From Chthonomonadaceae bacterium (GTDB taxonomy: Bacteria > Armatimonadota > Chthonomonadetes > Chthonomonadales > Chthonomonadaceae), in the NCBI GenBank assembly GCA_035650735.1, contig DASRGZ010000064.1, positions 62,001 to 84,564 on the forward strand: a stretch of 22,564 bases of DNA. The letters run 5' to 3'. Made by a program: the position numbers and the translations under genes. The notes below the pieces were generated by a model. The model was not told where the DNA came from, searched no databases, and worked only from the letters and a program-made list of their open reading frames with translations. Of the stretch, positions 9,286-17,736 are shown in pieces (position 1 is the first letter of the stretch; the number at the start of each line of letters is the position of its first letter).

Positions 9286-10608
9286 TCAGCGCCCTCCCCT
9301 CTGCAGGAGTGCCGCCGGAACCGGCGGCGCGGCGGGCGGGTTGATCTCCTGCAGCAGCTTGGGCAGCATGGGATGATCTGGAGCGCCCTCTTTAAGCTGG
9401 CGGCAGATCAGCATGGCCAGGCCCCGCTTGCCCGATTGCAGATAGAGCGCGGCGAGGCGTGCTTTGGCATCCCAATCCTGCGGAGAGCGGGAAGTGACCT
9501 CTTCCAGGTGGGTCTCCTCGCGCTCCCGCAGGGACGCCTCCCGGAAGATCTTGCCCGCGCGGTCAGCCTCCTGCGTGCGTCCCACCGCCCGAAGCGCCCG
9601 ATCCAACTGGTTCCAGGCCGCCAGGTACTGCGGCGATAACTTCAGGGCGCGCGTGAGCATCTCCACCGCTTCGGGGGCATGTCCTCTCTGCAGAGCGATC
9701 CGCCCCTGCTCATACCAGGCGCTCGCATCCTCCGGGGCGATCTGGCAGACGCGCGCAAAGATCTGTTGCGCCGCCTGCAGGTCGGCGTCGGAAAGGGCCT
9801 GCGCCTTGCGTAAACGCCCCAGGGCCAGCAGCGCCGAGGTGTCCTCGGGCGCCAGCTTCAGCGCCGCGTTAAGCTCCTTATCCGCCTCTTCATACCGGGC
9901 CATGCTGAAGTGCGTCCGGCCCAGGCCTACGAGGGCGGGCACAGAGCGGGGGTCGAGACGCAGGGCGCGGCGGTAGGCGTTCTCCGCGGACTTATAGTTG
10001 AGCGTCCGCTGATACGCCTCGCCCAGATCGCACAACGTCTCGGGACGGCTCGGATCGAGCTCCACGGCTTTAGCCAGCTCGCGCGCAGCGGTAAAGGGCA
10101 TCTTGGTCGCCAGGTGCAGCCGCCCGAGGTTGGCGTAGGCCGTGGCATAGTTGGGCCGGGCCGTCAGCGCCCCCTGCAGGGCCACCAGCGATTCATAATA
10201 GCGGTCCTGCAGTAGGTAGACGACGCCGAGATCGTTGAGCACGTCGGGCCGGACGGGCTGTCTGTCCAGCACTGCCAGGAACTCGCGCGCCGCCTCCGGC
10301 AGCCGGTTGGCCCGGGCATAGGCCAGCCCGAGCTGATACCGGGCCTCCACGTTGCCGGGCTGGCTTTTGACCAGGGCCTGCAGCTGCGGCAGCGGCATGT
10401 GGCGCAGTTTCCAGTCCTGATAGGCCGCAAAGCCGCGCGGTAGATAGAGGGCCAGGGCCAGCGCCGCCAGCCCAGCCAGGATCAGGCTTAATTGGCGGAG
10501 CCTAGTGCGGGGGGCGGAGGGGGCCGCCGCGCTGCTTTGCGTTGGGGCCGCTGGGTTTAGCCTGTTGGGCGGGGTGACCACCGCGGATCTCTGTGATTTT
10601 CCAGCCAT
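9286..10608 (-). CDS. Membrane-anchored tetratricopeptide repeat protein (start uncertain: 10614, 10608 or 10581)
   Basis: One TM helix (LSLILAGLAALALALYLP) then many TPRs (EARYQLGLAY, AYANLGRLHL, ALVGLGRTHF). Confidence 0.88.
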   Translation of the reverse strand: MAGKSQRSAVVTPPNRLNPAAPTQSSAAAPSAPRTRLRQLSLILAGLAALALALYLPRGFAAYQDWKLRHMPLPQLQALVKSQPGNVEARYQLGLAYARANRLPEAAREFLAVLDRQPVRPDVLNDLGVVYLLQDRYYESLVALQGALTARPNYATAYANLGRLHLATKMPFTAARELAKAVELDPSRPETLCDLGEAYQRTLNYKSAENAYRRALRLDPRSVPALVGLGRTHFSMARYEEADKELNAALKLAPEDTSALLALGRLRKAQALSDADLQAAQQIFARVCQIAPEDASAWYEQGRIALQRGHAPEAVEMLTRALKLSPQYLAAWNQLDRALRAVGRTQEADRAGKIFREASLREREETHLEEVTSRSPQDWDAKARLAALYLQSGKRGLAMLICRQLKEGAPDHPMLPKLLQEINPPAAPPVPAALLQRGGR

Positions 10609-11062
10609 TGTCACTCATTTCCAGCCGATACACGAGCGGCTTATTCCTGCTGTCGGGCATCGTCACCTCAGCGGCGCCTTTGCCCATGGTGATGAACTCG
10701 GTGTTAATGGGCTTGGGCTCTCCCGGAGGAACCAGATCGGCCATTGGAAGATCCATTCTTCCAGCTTGGGTAATAATGTAGTAGCCCGCCCACTTGCCGT
10801 TTTGCATCAGCGGCTTGTACGAAGTCTCCCGGATGAGGCAGCTATCCGCCTGCTTCTGGTCGCCGTTCTTGCCGGCTTGCAAGAACTCGGCCACGGTGCG
10901 CGCCGGCGCGCCCCTATCCCACATATGCAGGCCAAAGAAGGCGCTGAGCTGCTCCTGGTACAACGCGGCGACAACGACAATGCCAATGAGGATGAGAACG
11001 ACAAGGTACTCGATGATACGTGACCGTCTTTTCTTCTGGACGGTTGGAACAGAATCAGCCAT
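10502..11062 (-). CDS. Hypothetical single-pass membrane protein, first gene of the TPR/CRTAC1 operon
   Basis: RBS GGGAGAG before ATG 11062. Basic N-terminus and a TM helix. 'PARTVAEFLQA..GD...A' and 'YRLEMSDNGWKITEI' resemble the ends of NTF2-like/DUF4878 domains (inference). Confidence 0.8.
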   Translation of the reverse strand: MADSVPTVQKKRRSRIIEYLVVLILIGIVVVAALYQEQLSAFFGLHMWDRGAPARTVAEFLQAGKNGDQKQADSCLIRETSYKPLMQNGKWAGYYIITQAGRMDLPMADLVPPGEPKPINTEFITMGKGAAEVTMPDSRNKPLVYRLEMSDNGWKITEIRGGHPAQQAKPSGPNAKQRGGPLRPPH

Positions 11063-11359
11063 GACACACTCTCCCAACGACGCAAAGGGTGAAATAGGTG
11101 CGCGGGATTCCCGTGGCCTCTCAAGCCGCAGGCAGATTGGACTCCCACGTGCGGCGCTGTTTCACTGCCACAACGGGTTAATTCACCAGAGCGGCGCAGA
11201 TGTCCTGCTTCCTGCCGAATCTGGCAAATCGGGTACACTACTTACCGGAGGCGCCCCTTCTGGATGCTAAGGTTCATCGCTCAGGGCATTCAACCTCCAA
11301 AGGAGCGGAAAATTTAGCAGTCCACCTTGGGGTCAATTAAGAAGAGACAAGGAGTAGGA

Positions 11360-12355
11360 ATGAACAAACCGCCGACCGAGTTCACCCGGATTGATCCTGA
11401 TGCGCTGCGCGATTTTGTACGAACCGTGTTTGAGCGTGTGGGCGTTCCGACCGAGCAGGCGGCCTTCCTGGCCGGTCTGCTCGTGACCAACGACCTGCGG
11501 GGCGTCTTCAGCCACGGCACGCAGCAGGTCGCCCATTATGTCGAGCACTTCCAGGAGGGCCGGCTGAACCCCGCGCCCGCGCCCCGGCTTGTCCAGGAGA
11601 CGCCGACGACTCTGATCGTAGATGGCGACGGCGGCCTGGGCTATTTCCCCGCCTACCAAGCCGCGACGCTGCTGGGGCTTAAGGCGCAGGAGATGGGCCT
11701 TGCCGCCGCCGCCACACGCAATCACGGCCACATCGGCGCCGCCGGCATCTATGCCCGCATTCCCCTGGAGCGTGACCTGTTCTGCTACGTCACCTCCGGC
11801 CACCAGCTGCACCTCCAGCCCGGGCACAACGTCCTCTACGCCGCCGGCGGCTCCCCGATGGCCTTTGCCCTGCCCGCCGGCCAGGAGCCGCCGCTGGTAC
11901 TGGACTTTGGTGCCATGCACGACCTCTATCCGAACTCTCCCAATGTCAATCAGGTTCTCGCCCTGGCGCCCGGCACCGTGTTTCGCAGCTTCGGGCTGGG
12001 CTGCGTCTGCCAGGCCCTCGGAGGGTTTCTGTGCGGGGTGCCGGCGAACCCGGAAAGGGCGCAGCGGCGGTGGCCGGGCGCCAATCAGGGCAGCTTTATG
12101 ATCGCAGTGGATCTGAGTCGATTCTGCCCGCTAGATCAGTTTAAGCAGGAGATGGACGAATACGCACGGCAGGTGCGGCAGATGCAGCCGGCGCCCGGCT
12201 CTGAGAAGGCGGTATTGCCAGGCGGGCTAGAGTGGGAGCGCGAGCAGCAATACAGGGCGGAGGGCATTCCGGTCGGTCCCCGACACCGGCAGCGGCTGCA
12301 AAAGCTGGCTCAGGAGTTCGACCTTCCGCTTCCTTTACCAAAAGAGAACCGCTAA
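11360..12355 (+). CDS. Ldh_2 family oxidoreductase (malate/L-lactate dehydrogenase type 2, YiaK/AllD/ComC-like)
   Basis: DLRGVFSHG, DGDGGLG, RNHGHIGAAG, 'P.VLDFG' and 'VLPGGLE' motifs. RBS AAGGAG before ATG 11360. Confidence 0.92.
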   Translation: MNKPPTEFTRIDPDALRDFVRTVFERVGVPTEQAAFLAGLLVTNDLRGVFSHGTQQVAHYVEHFQEGRLNPAPAPRLVQETPTTLIVDGDGGLGYFPAYQAATLLGLKAQEMGLAAAATRNHGHIGAAGIYARIPLERDLFCYVTSGHQLHLQPGHNVLYAAGGSPMAFALPAGQEPPLVLDFGAMHDLYPNSPNVNQVLALAPGTVFRSFGLGCVCQALGGFLCGVPANPERAQRRWPGANQGSFMIAVDLSRFCPLDQFKQEMDEYARQVRQMQPAPGSEKAVLPGGLEWEREQQYRAEGIPVGPRHRQRLQKLAQEFDLPLPLPKENR

Positions 12356-13500
12356 GCCTCCGGCAGCAGGCCCCACCAGCGAGCGTAGACGGCGGCAATC
12401 TTTTCCAGTTCCGCGATCTCGACCCACTCCTCCGCGCCGTGCGCCTGTGAGATGGAACCCGGTCCGATGACCACATATTCCTGCGCTATGCCCCGATACG
12501 AGGGAGCGTTGGTGCAGAAGGGTACGATGGCAGGCTCCCGGCCCGACCACGCCGCAAGCTGCCGCATCCAGGGCGTATTCGGCGACTGGAAGAAAGGGTC
12601 CTTATATCGGACCGAGCCTATGGTGAAGGGCAGCGGGCAATGATGCCTAGCTAGTTCTAACAGGCCCGCCTGAATCTCGTCTGCCTTTTCGCCCGGCACC
12701 ACGCGCCGGTCAAAGGCCAGAGTGCAGGAGTCGGGCACGACGTTGAGGCCGCGCCCGCCCTGGATCCGCGCGACGGTCAGGGTCGGATTGCCGAGCGGCG
12801 ACTGCGGAGAGAGCGATTGGAGATGCTCGCCCTCCGCCTCCAATGCCAGAGCCAGACGGGCCGCCGCTGTGATGGCGTTCTTGCCAAGGTGCGGTTGGGA
12901 AGAGTGGGTAGACAGACCCTCGATGCGGAATTCCAGGCGAAAGATGCCCTTATGGCCGTAAACCGGGCTGCAGAGCGTCGGTTCGGCGATGACGAGCTGG
13001 TCAATGGGAAGCTGGCGCTGGCGTATCCAGGCGGCGGAGGCGGGCGCGCCGCGCGCATTCACCTCTTCATCCACGGTGGCGGCGATCAGGAGGTTGGCGG
13101 CGGGAGTGCGCCCGGTTTGGCGCAAGCTCTCCAACAAAGCCAGCACAACGGCCAGCGTCGGCTTGGTATCCACCGCGCCGCGCCCGTAGACCCGTCCCGC
13201 CCGGATCTCTCCGGAGAAGGGGTCGCCCTCCATCTGCTCGACACCCACCGTATCCAGGTGGACATCCACCGCCATCCACCGATCCGAGCGCCCGCGCCAG
13301 ATGCCGTAGACGTTGGGCCGTCCGGGGTAGACCTCTTCGCCGTCCACCTCGCCGCCAAACTCCTGAAACCACTCCCGGACCGCTGCCGCTAACGCCGCTT
13401 CGCCAGGGACGCCGGCCTTCGGCCCCGCCTGCGCAGGATTGACGCTGGGTATCCGCACCAGCCGACTCAGCCATTCCGCCAACCGCTCGCCCGTGATCAC
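12352..13500 (-). CDS. M20 family metallopeptidase/amidohydrolase (ArgE/DapE-like)
   Basis: Metal-binding motifs HLDTV, GRGAVDTK, VDEE, AEPT and AHGAEE. RBS GGAGGT before GTG. Confidence 0.92.
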   Translation of the reverse strand: MITGERLAEWLSRLVRIPSVNPAQAGPKAGVPGEAALAAAVREWFQEFGGEVDGEEVYPGRPNVYGIWRGRSDRWMAVDVHLDTVGVEQMEGDPFSGEIRAGRVYGRGAVDTKPTLAVVLALLESLRQTGRTPAANLLIAATVDEEVNARGAPASAAWIRQRQLPIDQLVIAEPTLCSPVYGHKGIFRLEFRIEGLSTHSSQPHLGKNAITAAARLALALEAEGEHLQSLSPQSPLGNPTLTVARIQGGRGLNVVPDSCTLAFDRRVVPGEKADEIQAGLLELARHHCPLPFTIGSVRYKDPFFQSPNTPWMRQLAAWSGREPAIVPFCTNAPSYRGIAQEYVVIGPGSISQAHGAEEWVEIAELEKIAAVYARWWGLLPEA

Positions 13501-13579
13501 AGCTTACCTCCCGCAGAGGAACAACGGGAAAGAGATACGGAATTCGTTTCTCGCTTCCTCATTTCTCGCTGGTTCCTTC

Positions 13580-14656
13580 CTATTCTGCTTCCCCAGTATT
13601 GCCGTGGCTTGCGCGCAGCAGATCCTGCGCATCGGCTTCTGATACGACAGCCTGGGCGGGCCGCAACAGTGTATCGGGGGGCGCCTCCGGCTGCGAGGCG
13701 GCGCGCAGCAGCATGTTCCCTGCCCGCCCCTCCAGCGTGCGATCCACCAGATAGGGCAGGCAGGCCTGCGCCGCCTCTTTGATCTGTTTCTCCTGGTGTG
13801 TCCGGGCTTCCTGCTCGGCCAGCTTGCTGACCAGGGGCAGCGCGCGCTGATCCCCGATTTGCTCCAACGCCTTGAGGATCGCCAGGGAAAGCTCCAGCGC
13901 GCGCTGCCCCAGAGCACGATAGAGACAATCCCGCTGTTCTGGGGCCAGATAGGCGGCGTCGCTGGCGCGCATCTGCGGCAGCCGTTGAATCAGCGCCTTC
14001 TCCGCCGTGGCTGCGATAGAGGGGTCGCCTAACTCCAGCGCCTGGGCCAGCGGCCCCACGACGCGCATATCCTCAATACGTGCCAGCGTCTCGCTCGCCA
14101 GCCGATGCAGCCGGGTCGGCTTGCGCAGCGGATAGATCAGCATCAATCCGAACAGCATATAGATGTTGAGCCCAAAACTGATAGACTGCAATTCCGGCAC
14201 TACAAACTGCGCGCCTGCCAGGCCGATTGCGGAAAGCGCGCAGCCTCCCACCGCCATCAGTCGTTTCTCCTGCTTATTCACTTCCCGCCTTACCAGTTGC
14301 AGCAAAGGCGCCACGGCCTTGGGCCCCATGCGCTGGAGGGCGCGGTTTGCCACCATGCGCTCATGCGCCTTCCGGCTCGCGGTCTGCTCAATGATCCGGA
14401 CAAAGTCGGGGCCGGGGTCTTCCCAGAACTCCCCCTCCGCCGGCCTGGGCGTTCTGGCAGGCGCGTTGCGCTGCGCCTCCTGCTCCAGGGCTGCGGTATA
14501 GGCGCGCAGGGCGGCCAAATAGGCCGTCTCCTGCTGGTCTACTTCTATCTGGGCCGCTTCTACTACCTTCTGCTTTTCGGAGAGCCGGACTTTCGCCGCC
14601 TCGTAGTCGGTCTGAGCGCTGCGCGCCGCCTGACGAAGCTCCTCCAGTCGTTCCAC
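13580..14656 (-). CDS. HEAT-repeat membrane protein with N-terminal coiled coil
   Basis: GTG 14656 with RBS GAAAGGGG; the longer ORF to 14845 only reads through a repeat element. Coiled coil, two TM helices, HEAT-like units (DMRVVGPLAQAL, ILKALEQIGDQRALPLVSKLA). Confidence 0.8.
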   Translation of the reverse strand: MERLEELRQAARSAQTDYEAAKVRLSEKQKVVEAAQIEVDQQETAYLAALRAYTAALEQEAQRNAPARTPRPAEGEFWEDPGPDFVRIIEQTASRKAHERMVANRALQRMGPKAVAPLLQLVRREVNKQEKRLMAVGGCALSAIGLAGAQFVVPELQSISFGLNIYMLFGLMLIYPLRKPTRLHRLASETLARIEDMRVVGPLAQALELGDPSIAATAEKALIQRLPQMRASDAAYLAPEQRDCLYRALGQRALELSLAILKALEQIGDQRALPLVSKLAEQEARTHQEKQIKEAAQACLPYLVDRTLEGRAGNMLLRAASQPEAPPDTLLRPAQAVVSEADAQDLLRASHGNTGEAE

Positions 14657-14728
14657 AGCCAGCCCCTTTCTTTCCGTGGTTGCACTCCCTGATCTACTCC
14701 ACACATTTAGACGTGACGCCCTTGTTTT

Positions 14729-14856
14729 AAGGATGAAGCCGGAAGGATGAAAATAATCCGGCTTGTCTTCCTTCCTCGTCTTATCCCTTCCCAACAAAGA
14801 GGAAGGCGGCAGGAGGGAAGGAACAAGGTTTTCTTCATCCTCCATCCTTCATCCTT
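14729..14856. repeat. GGATGAA-type inverted-repeat element, family 2, copy A (MITE/REP-like)
   Basis: Perfect 10-bp ends AAGGATGAAG / CTTCATCCTT. Colinear similarity to 17570-17702. Confidence 0.8.
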
Positions 14857-14863
14857 TCGCTTT

Positions 14864-16132
14864 TCAGGGTGCGGATAGCTCCCGATAGAGCAGGCTGTTA
14901 CGCCCTGATGGGAGGAGATACTGCGGCGCGTCGGTCAGCGTAAGGCGCAGGCCGCTGGCATCGGCGGTCGCGTCCGACGGCTCACCCAGATAGTTATAGA
15001 TACGGAATTTGCCGGCGCCGGTCGGAAGAACGACCTCGTGCGGATTGGGGGCGGTGGTCCAGACGGCCAGGCGCAGCGCCCTGCCTTTCGAAAAGATCAG
15101 GCAGTAGTCGTCGGGCGAGCTCAGTTCCAGCCGCCTTTGAAAGCGGAAGCCATCCAGCGTCCGGGTCAGGGTTTGCGCGGCCTTATAGGTCGGTTTAGGG
15201 CGGTAATCGTTGTAGACCGTGCCGAAGTGGTGCTCTGTCTCCTTCGGGTCTGTGCCGTCGTCGTGCCAGTCGTACCAGATGGATACGATCAGGCCGCTGG
15301 CAAGGTTGGAGAGAAACTCGCGGGCGATGTACTTGCTCTGCCTTTCCAGGTTCAGGCCCGGATAGAGCTCAGAGTAGCCCCACTCGCTGCTTAAGATCGG
15401 CACGGATTTGCCCTGCGGGGCATACCGGGCGATGATCTCCCGCAGTCGCCGGAAATCGGACGCGGCGGTCTCCGGAGGTGTGTTGCGGTAGGGATGGAAG
15501 GAGACGGCGTCCCAGTATTGCAGCAGCCCGGCCTGGAAGCACTTCTCCATGAAGGCAAAATCCATGCCCGATACGCCCGGCCCGATATACCACTCCTCCG
15601 GCGCGACCGCGCGGATCGTCCTGCCGACCTCCAGGGCCAGCGCGATATACTCCTCCACGTTGGGCTTCGGCTGCCAGAATCCGATATTCGGCTCGTTCCA
15701 CATCTCCCAGAGGATGCCCTGGTTCTTGAAGTGGGTCACGGCAGCGGCGGCGAAGCGGGCGAAGGCGGCGCGGGCCTCCGGCGTGCGCGGCGAACCTTGC
15801 TGGTACAGGTCATTGCCGTAGTCCAGGATGAAGAGGGGGCGTATCTTGTGGGGCCGGAGCGCGGCCACCAGGCGGTCATAAGCGGAAAAGTCGTAACGCC
15901 CTTTCTCCCGCTCGATGCCGGCCCAGGCGAAATCCATCCGTATCCAGCGGAAGCCTGCTGCGGCCAACTGCTCTATCTCGCCGGGCTTTGGATCGGTGAA
16001 GTGGATATTGACGCCCAGCGAGTCGGGAACGGAAGGGACCGGCAGGGGATGGCGGCGGCGATTCTGCGCCGAACCTGGCGCAGGCGCAAGCAGGGCCAGC
16101 GCCATCAGCAACGGGACCAACCGTGCGCTCAT
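14864..16132 (-). CDS. Secreted clan GH-A glycoside hydrolase (GH5/GH39-like)
   Basis: Signal peptide; 'WIRMDFAWAGIE..KG.YDF'; acid/base motif WEMWNEPN; 'DAVSFHPY'; nucleophile region SSEWGYS; 'EHHFG'. Confidence 0.88.
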   Translation of the reverse strand: MSARLVPLLMALALLAPAPGSAQNRRRHPLPVPSVPDSLGVNIHFTDPKPGEIEQLAAAGFRWIRMDFAWAGIEREKGRYDFSAYDRLVAALRPHKIRPLFILDYGNDLYQQGSPRTPEARAAFARFAAAAVTHFKNQGILWEMWNEPNIGFWQPKPNVEEYIALALEVGRTIRAVAPEEWYIGPGVSGMDFAFMEKCFQAGLLQYWDAVSFHPYRNTPPETAASDFRRLREIIARYAPQGKSVPILSSEWGYSELYPGLNLERQSKYIAREFLSNLASGLIVSIWYDWHDDGTDPKETEHHFGTVYNDYRPKPTYKAAQTLTRTLDGFRFQRRLELSSPDDYCLIFSKGRALRLAVWTTAPNPHEVVLPTGAGKFRIYNYLGEPSDATADASGLRLTLTDAPQYLLPSGRNSLLYRELSAP

Positions 16133-16200
16133 AGATCGCTTTCTCCTTTACTTTTGTTCCTCCCTGCCCCTCCTCGGCACGGAAAGGGGCCTTCCGTTGT

Positions 16201-16360
16201 GGCCCTCACCCCAACCCCTCTCCCACGCTGCGGGAGAGGGGAGACTTGGCTTCTGCTCGTCCCTTCTCCCTCCAAGGGAGAAGGGACGAGGATGAGGGTA
16301 GAACCTGGCTTCTCCTCTCCCCTCTCCTAAAATTGGGAGAGGGGGACAGGGATGAGGGCC
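16201..16360. repeat. REP/REPIN-like palindromic element, family 1, copy B (three hairpins)
   Basis: Bounded by GGCCCTCA / TGAGGGCC. Hairpins at 16215-16241, 16256-16290 (perfect 15-bp stem) and about 16319-16344. Confidence 0.87.
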
Positions 16361-16374
16361 TGTGCGGGTGGGGC

Positions 16375-16851
16375 TTAGCTTTCGGCGCGGTGGTAGTCGC
16401 CGCTCTTGCCGCCGGATTTGTGCTCCAGGCGAATATCCGTGATGACCGCGCCCTTGTCTACCGCTTTGACCATGTCGTAGAGTGTCAGAGCCGCAATGGA
16501 GACGGCGGTAAGCGCCTCCATCTCCACGCCGGTCTTGCCGGTGACGGCAACCTCAGCCTCAATCTCCACGCCCGCATCCGTGATCGTCAGGTCTATCCCG
16601 ACGTGGGTAATGGACAGGGGATGACACAGGGGGATCAGGTCGCTCGTGCGCTTGGCCGCCAGGATGCCCGCCACGCGCGCCACGGCCAGCGCGTCGCCTT
16701 TGGGAACGGCGTTCTCGCGCAGCAGGCGCACCGTCTCCGCCGACAGACAGATGCGCCCGCGCGCTACGGCACGCCGCGCCGTCTCGGCCTTACCGGAAAC
16801 ATCTACCATCCGCGCTTTGCCCTGCGCGTCCAGGTGAGTTAGTTGATCCAT
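16375..16851 (-). CDS. moaC: Cyclic pyranopterin monophosphate synthase MoaC
   Basis: [57 protein letters not shown]. Confidence 0.97.
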   Translation of the reverse strand: MDQLTHLDAQGKARMVDVSGKAETARRAVARGRICLSAETVRLLRENAVPKGDALAVARVAGILAAKRTSDLIPLCHPLSITHVGIDLTITDAGVEIEAEVAVTGKTGVEMEALTAVSIAALTLYDMVKAVDKGAVITDIRLEHKSGGKSGDYHRAES

Positions 16852-16855
16852 GACG

Positions 16856-17470
16856 TTATTCGATCCGAGGGCGCAGCGCGGCCTGTCTCCGAAACTCGGC
16901 CAGCTCCTGAGGCGTGTTCACGTTGGCAAAGCAGAGCAGATCGGGGTCTATCCGGCGCAGGACACCTTCGCCGACACGCTTGACACGCAGACTGTCCAGG
17001 GCTTCGCGCGCCGAACGTCCGCCGCTTTCCAGGAAACGCAGCAGCCGAGGCGCCGCCGCATGCCGGTAGACCGCGCAGAGCGGCTCCATCTGCCCGCCCA
17101 CTTCCGGCACGACCGCGTCCCAATCGGGAGTGCAGGCTCTGAGCAGCAGCCGCAGGACGCCCGCCTCCAGCCCCGGCATATCACAGGCGACCACGATATG
17201 ATTGCCTTCGCCCAGCGCCGTCAGCCCCGTCACGATGCCGCCAACCGGCCCGACTCCCGGATAGGTATCGCCCAGCACGCGCCCGCAGGACAGGCGATAC
17301 TTATCCGGCACGTCCGTAACCACCACGACCTCTTTCACGACCGGTTGCAGTGAGGCGGCAACATGCTCCAGCAGCGTCGTGCCGTTATAGGGCAGCAGCG
17401 CTTTGTCCTGCCCCATGCGCGAACTTTTGCCCCCCGCCAGTATGATCGCCCCCTGTGCGTCCATCGCCAT
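16856..17470 (-). CDS. mobA: Molybdenum cofactor guanylyltransferase MobA
   Basis: [46 protein letters not shown]. Adjacent to moaC. Confidence 0.95.
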   Translation of the reverse strand: MAMDAQGAIILAGGKSSRMGQDKALLPYNGTTLLEHVAASLQPVVKEVVVVTDVPDKYRLSCGRVLGDTYPGVGPVGGIVTGLTALGEGNHIVVACDMPGLEAGVLRLLLRACTPDWDAVVPEVGGQMEPLCAVYRHAAAPRLLRFLESGGRSAREALDSLRVKRVGEGVLRRIDPDLLCFANVNTPQELAEFRRQAALRPRIE

Positions 17471-17514
17471 CTTCCGGTATCCGTCCCCCTGCTCTCTTGC
17501 TCCGAGTCATAGTG

Positions 17515-17543
17515 ATTATGGCTGTCTACCGCCAAAATTGCAA
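17515..17543 (-). promoter_or_regulatory. Sigma70-type promoter of mobA-moaC
   Basis: Minus strand TTGCAA (17543-17538), 17-nt spacer, CATAAT (17520-17515). Confidence 0.65.
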
Positions 17544-17569
17544 TGCCTCGCACGCCGCTAGAAACAGCA

Positions 17570-17702
17570 AAGGATGAAGGCGGAAGGATGAAAAGAGCCA
17601 GGTCTTTTCTTCCTTCCTCATCCCTTCCCGGTAAGGAGGAAGGCCAGAGGAGGAAAGGAGCGAAGGCTTTTCTTCATCCTTCATCCCTCATCCTTCCGCC
17701 TT
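17570..17702. repeat. GGATGAA-type inverted-repeat element, family 2, copy B
   Basis: Perfect 15-bp inverted repeat AAGGCGGAAGGATGA (17577-17591) / TCATCCTTCCGCCTT (17688-17702). Internal similarity to copy A. Confidence 0.8.
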
Positions 17703-17736
17703 ATCGGAGGCAGAGGCGAAAGGCAGACGGTCGGCC

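Noticed and set aside
11063..11359. Riboswitch in the divergent intergenic region (GACGCAAAG resembles part of c-di-GMP-I)
   Set aside because: The preceding GGCAAAC...GAAA stem and the second stem are absent. Only short, unremarkable hairpins are present.
12352..12355. Overlapping stop codons of the convergent Ldh_2 and M20 genes
   Set aside because: Real, but a common compact arrangement with no evidence of special function.
14657..14845. N-terminal extension of the HEAT ORF to ATG 14845
   Set aside because: It translates the GGATGAA repeat element. A GTG with a good RBS exists at 14656.
17471..17570. Moco riboswitch upstream of mobA-moaC
   Set aside because: The predicted promoter leaves a leader of only about 40 nt, too short for that motif.
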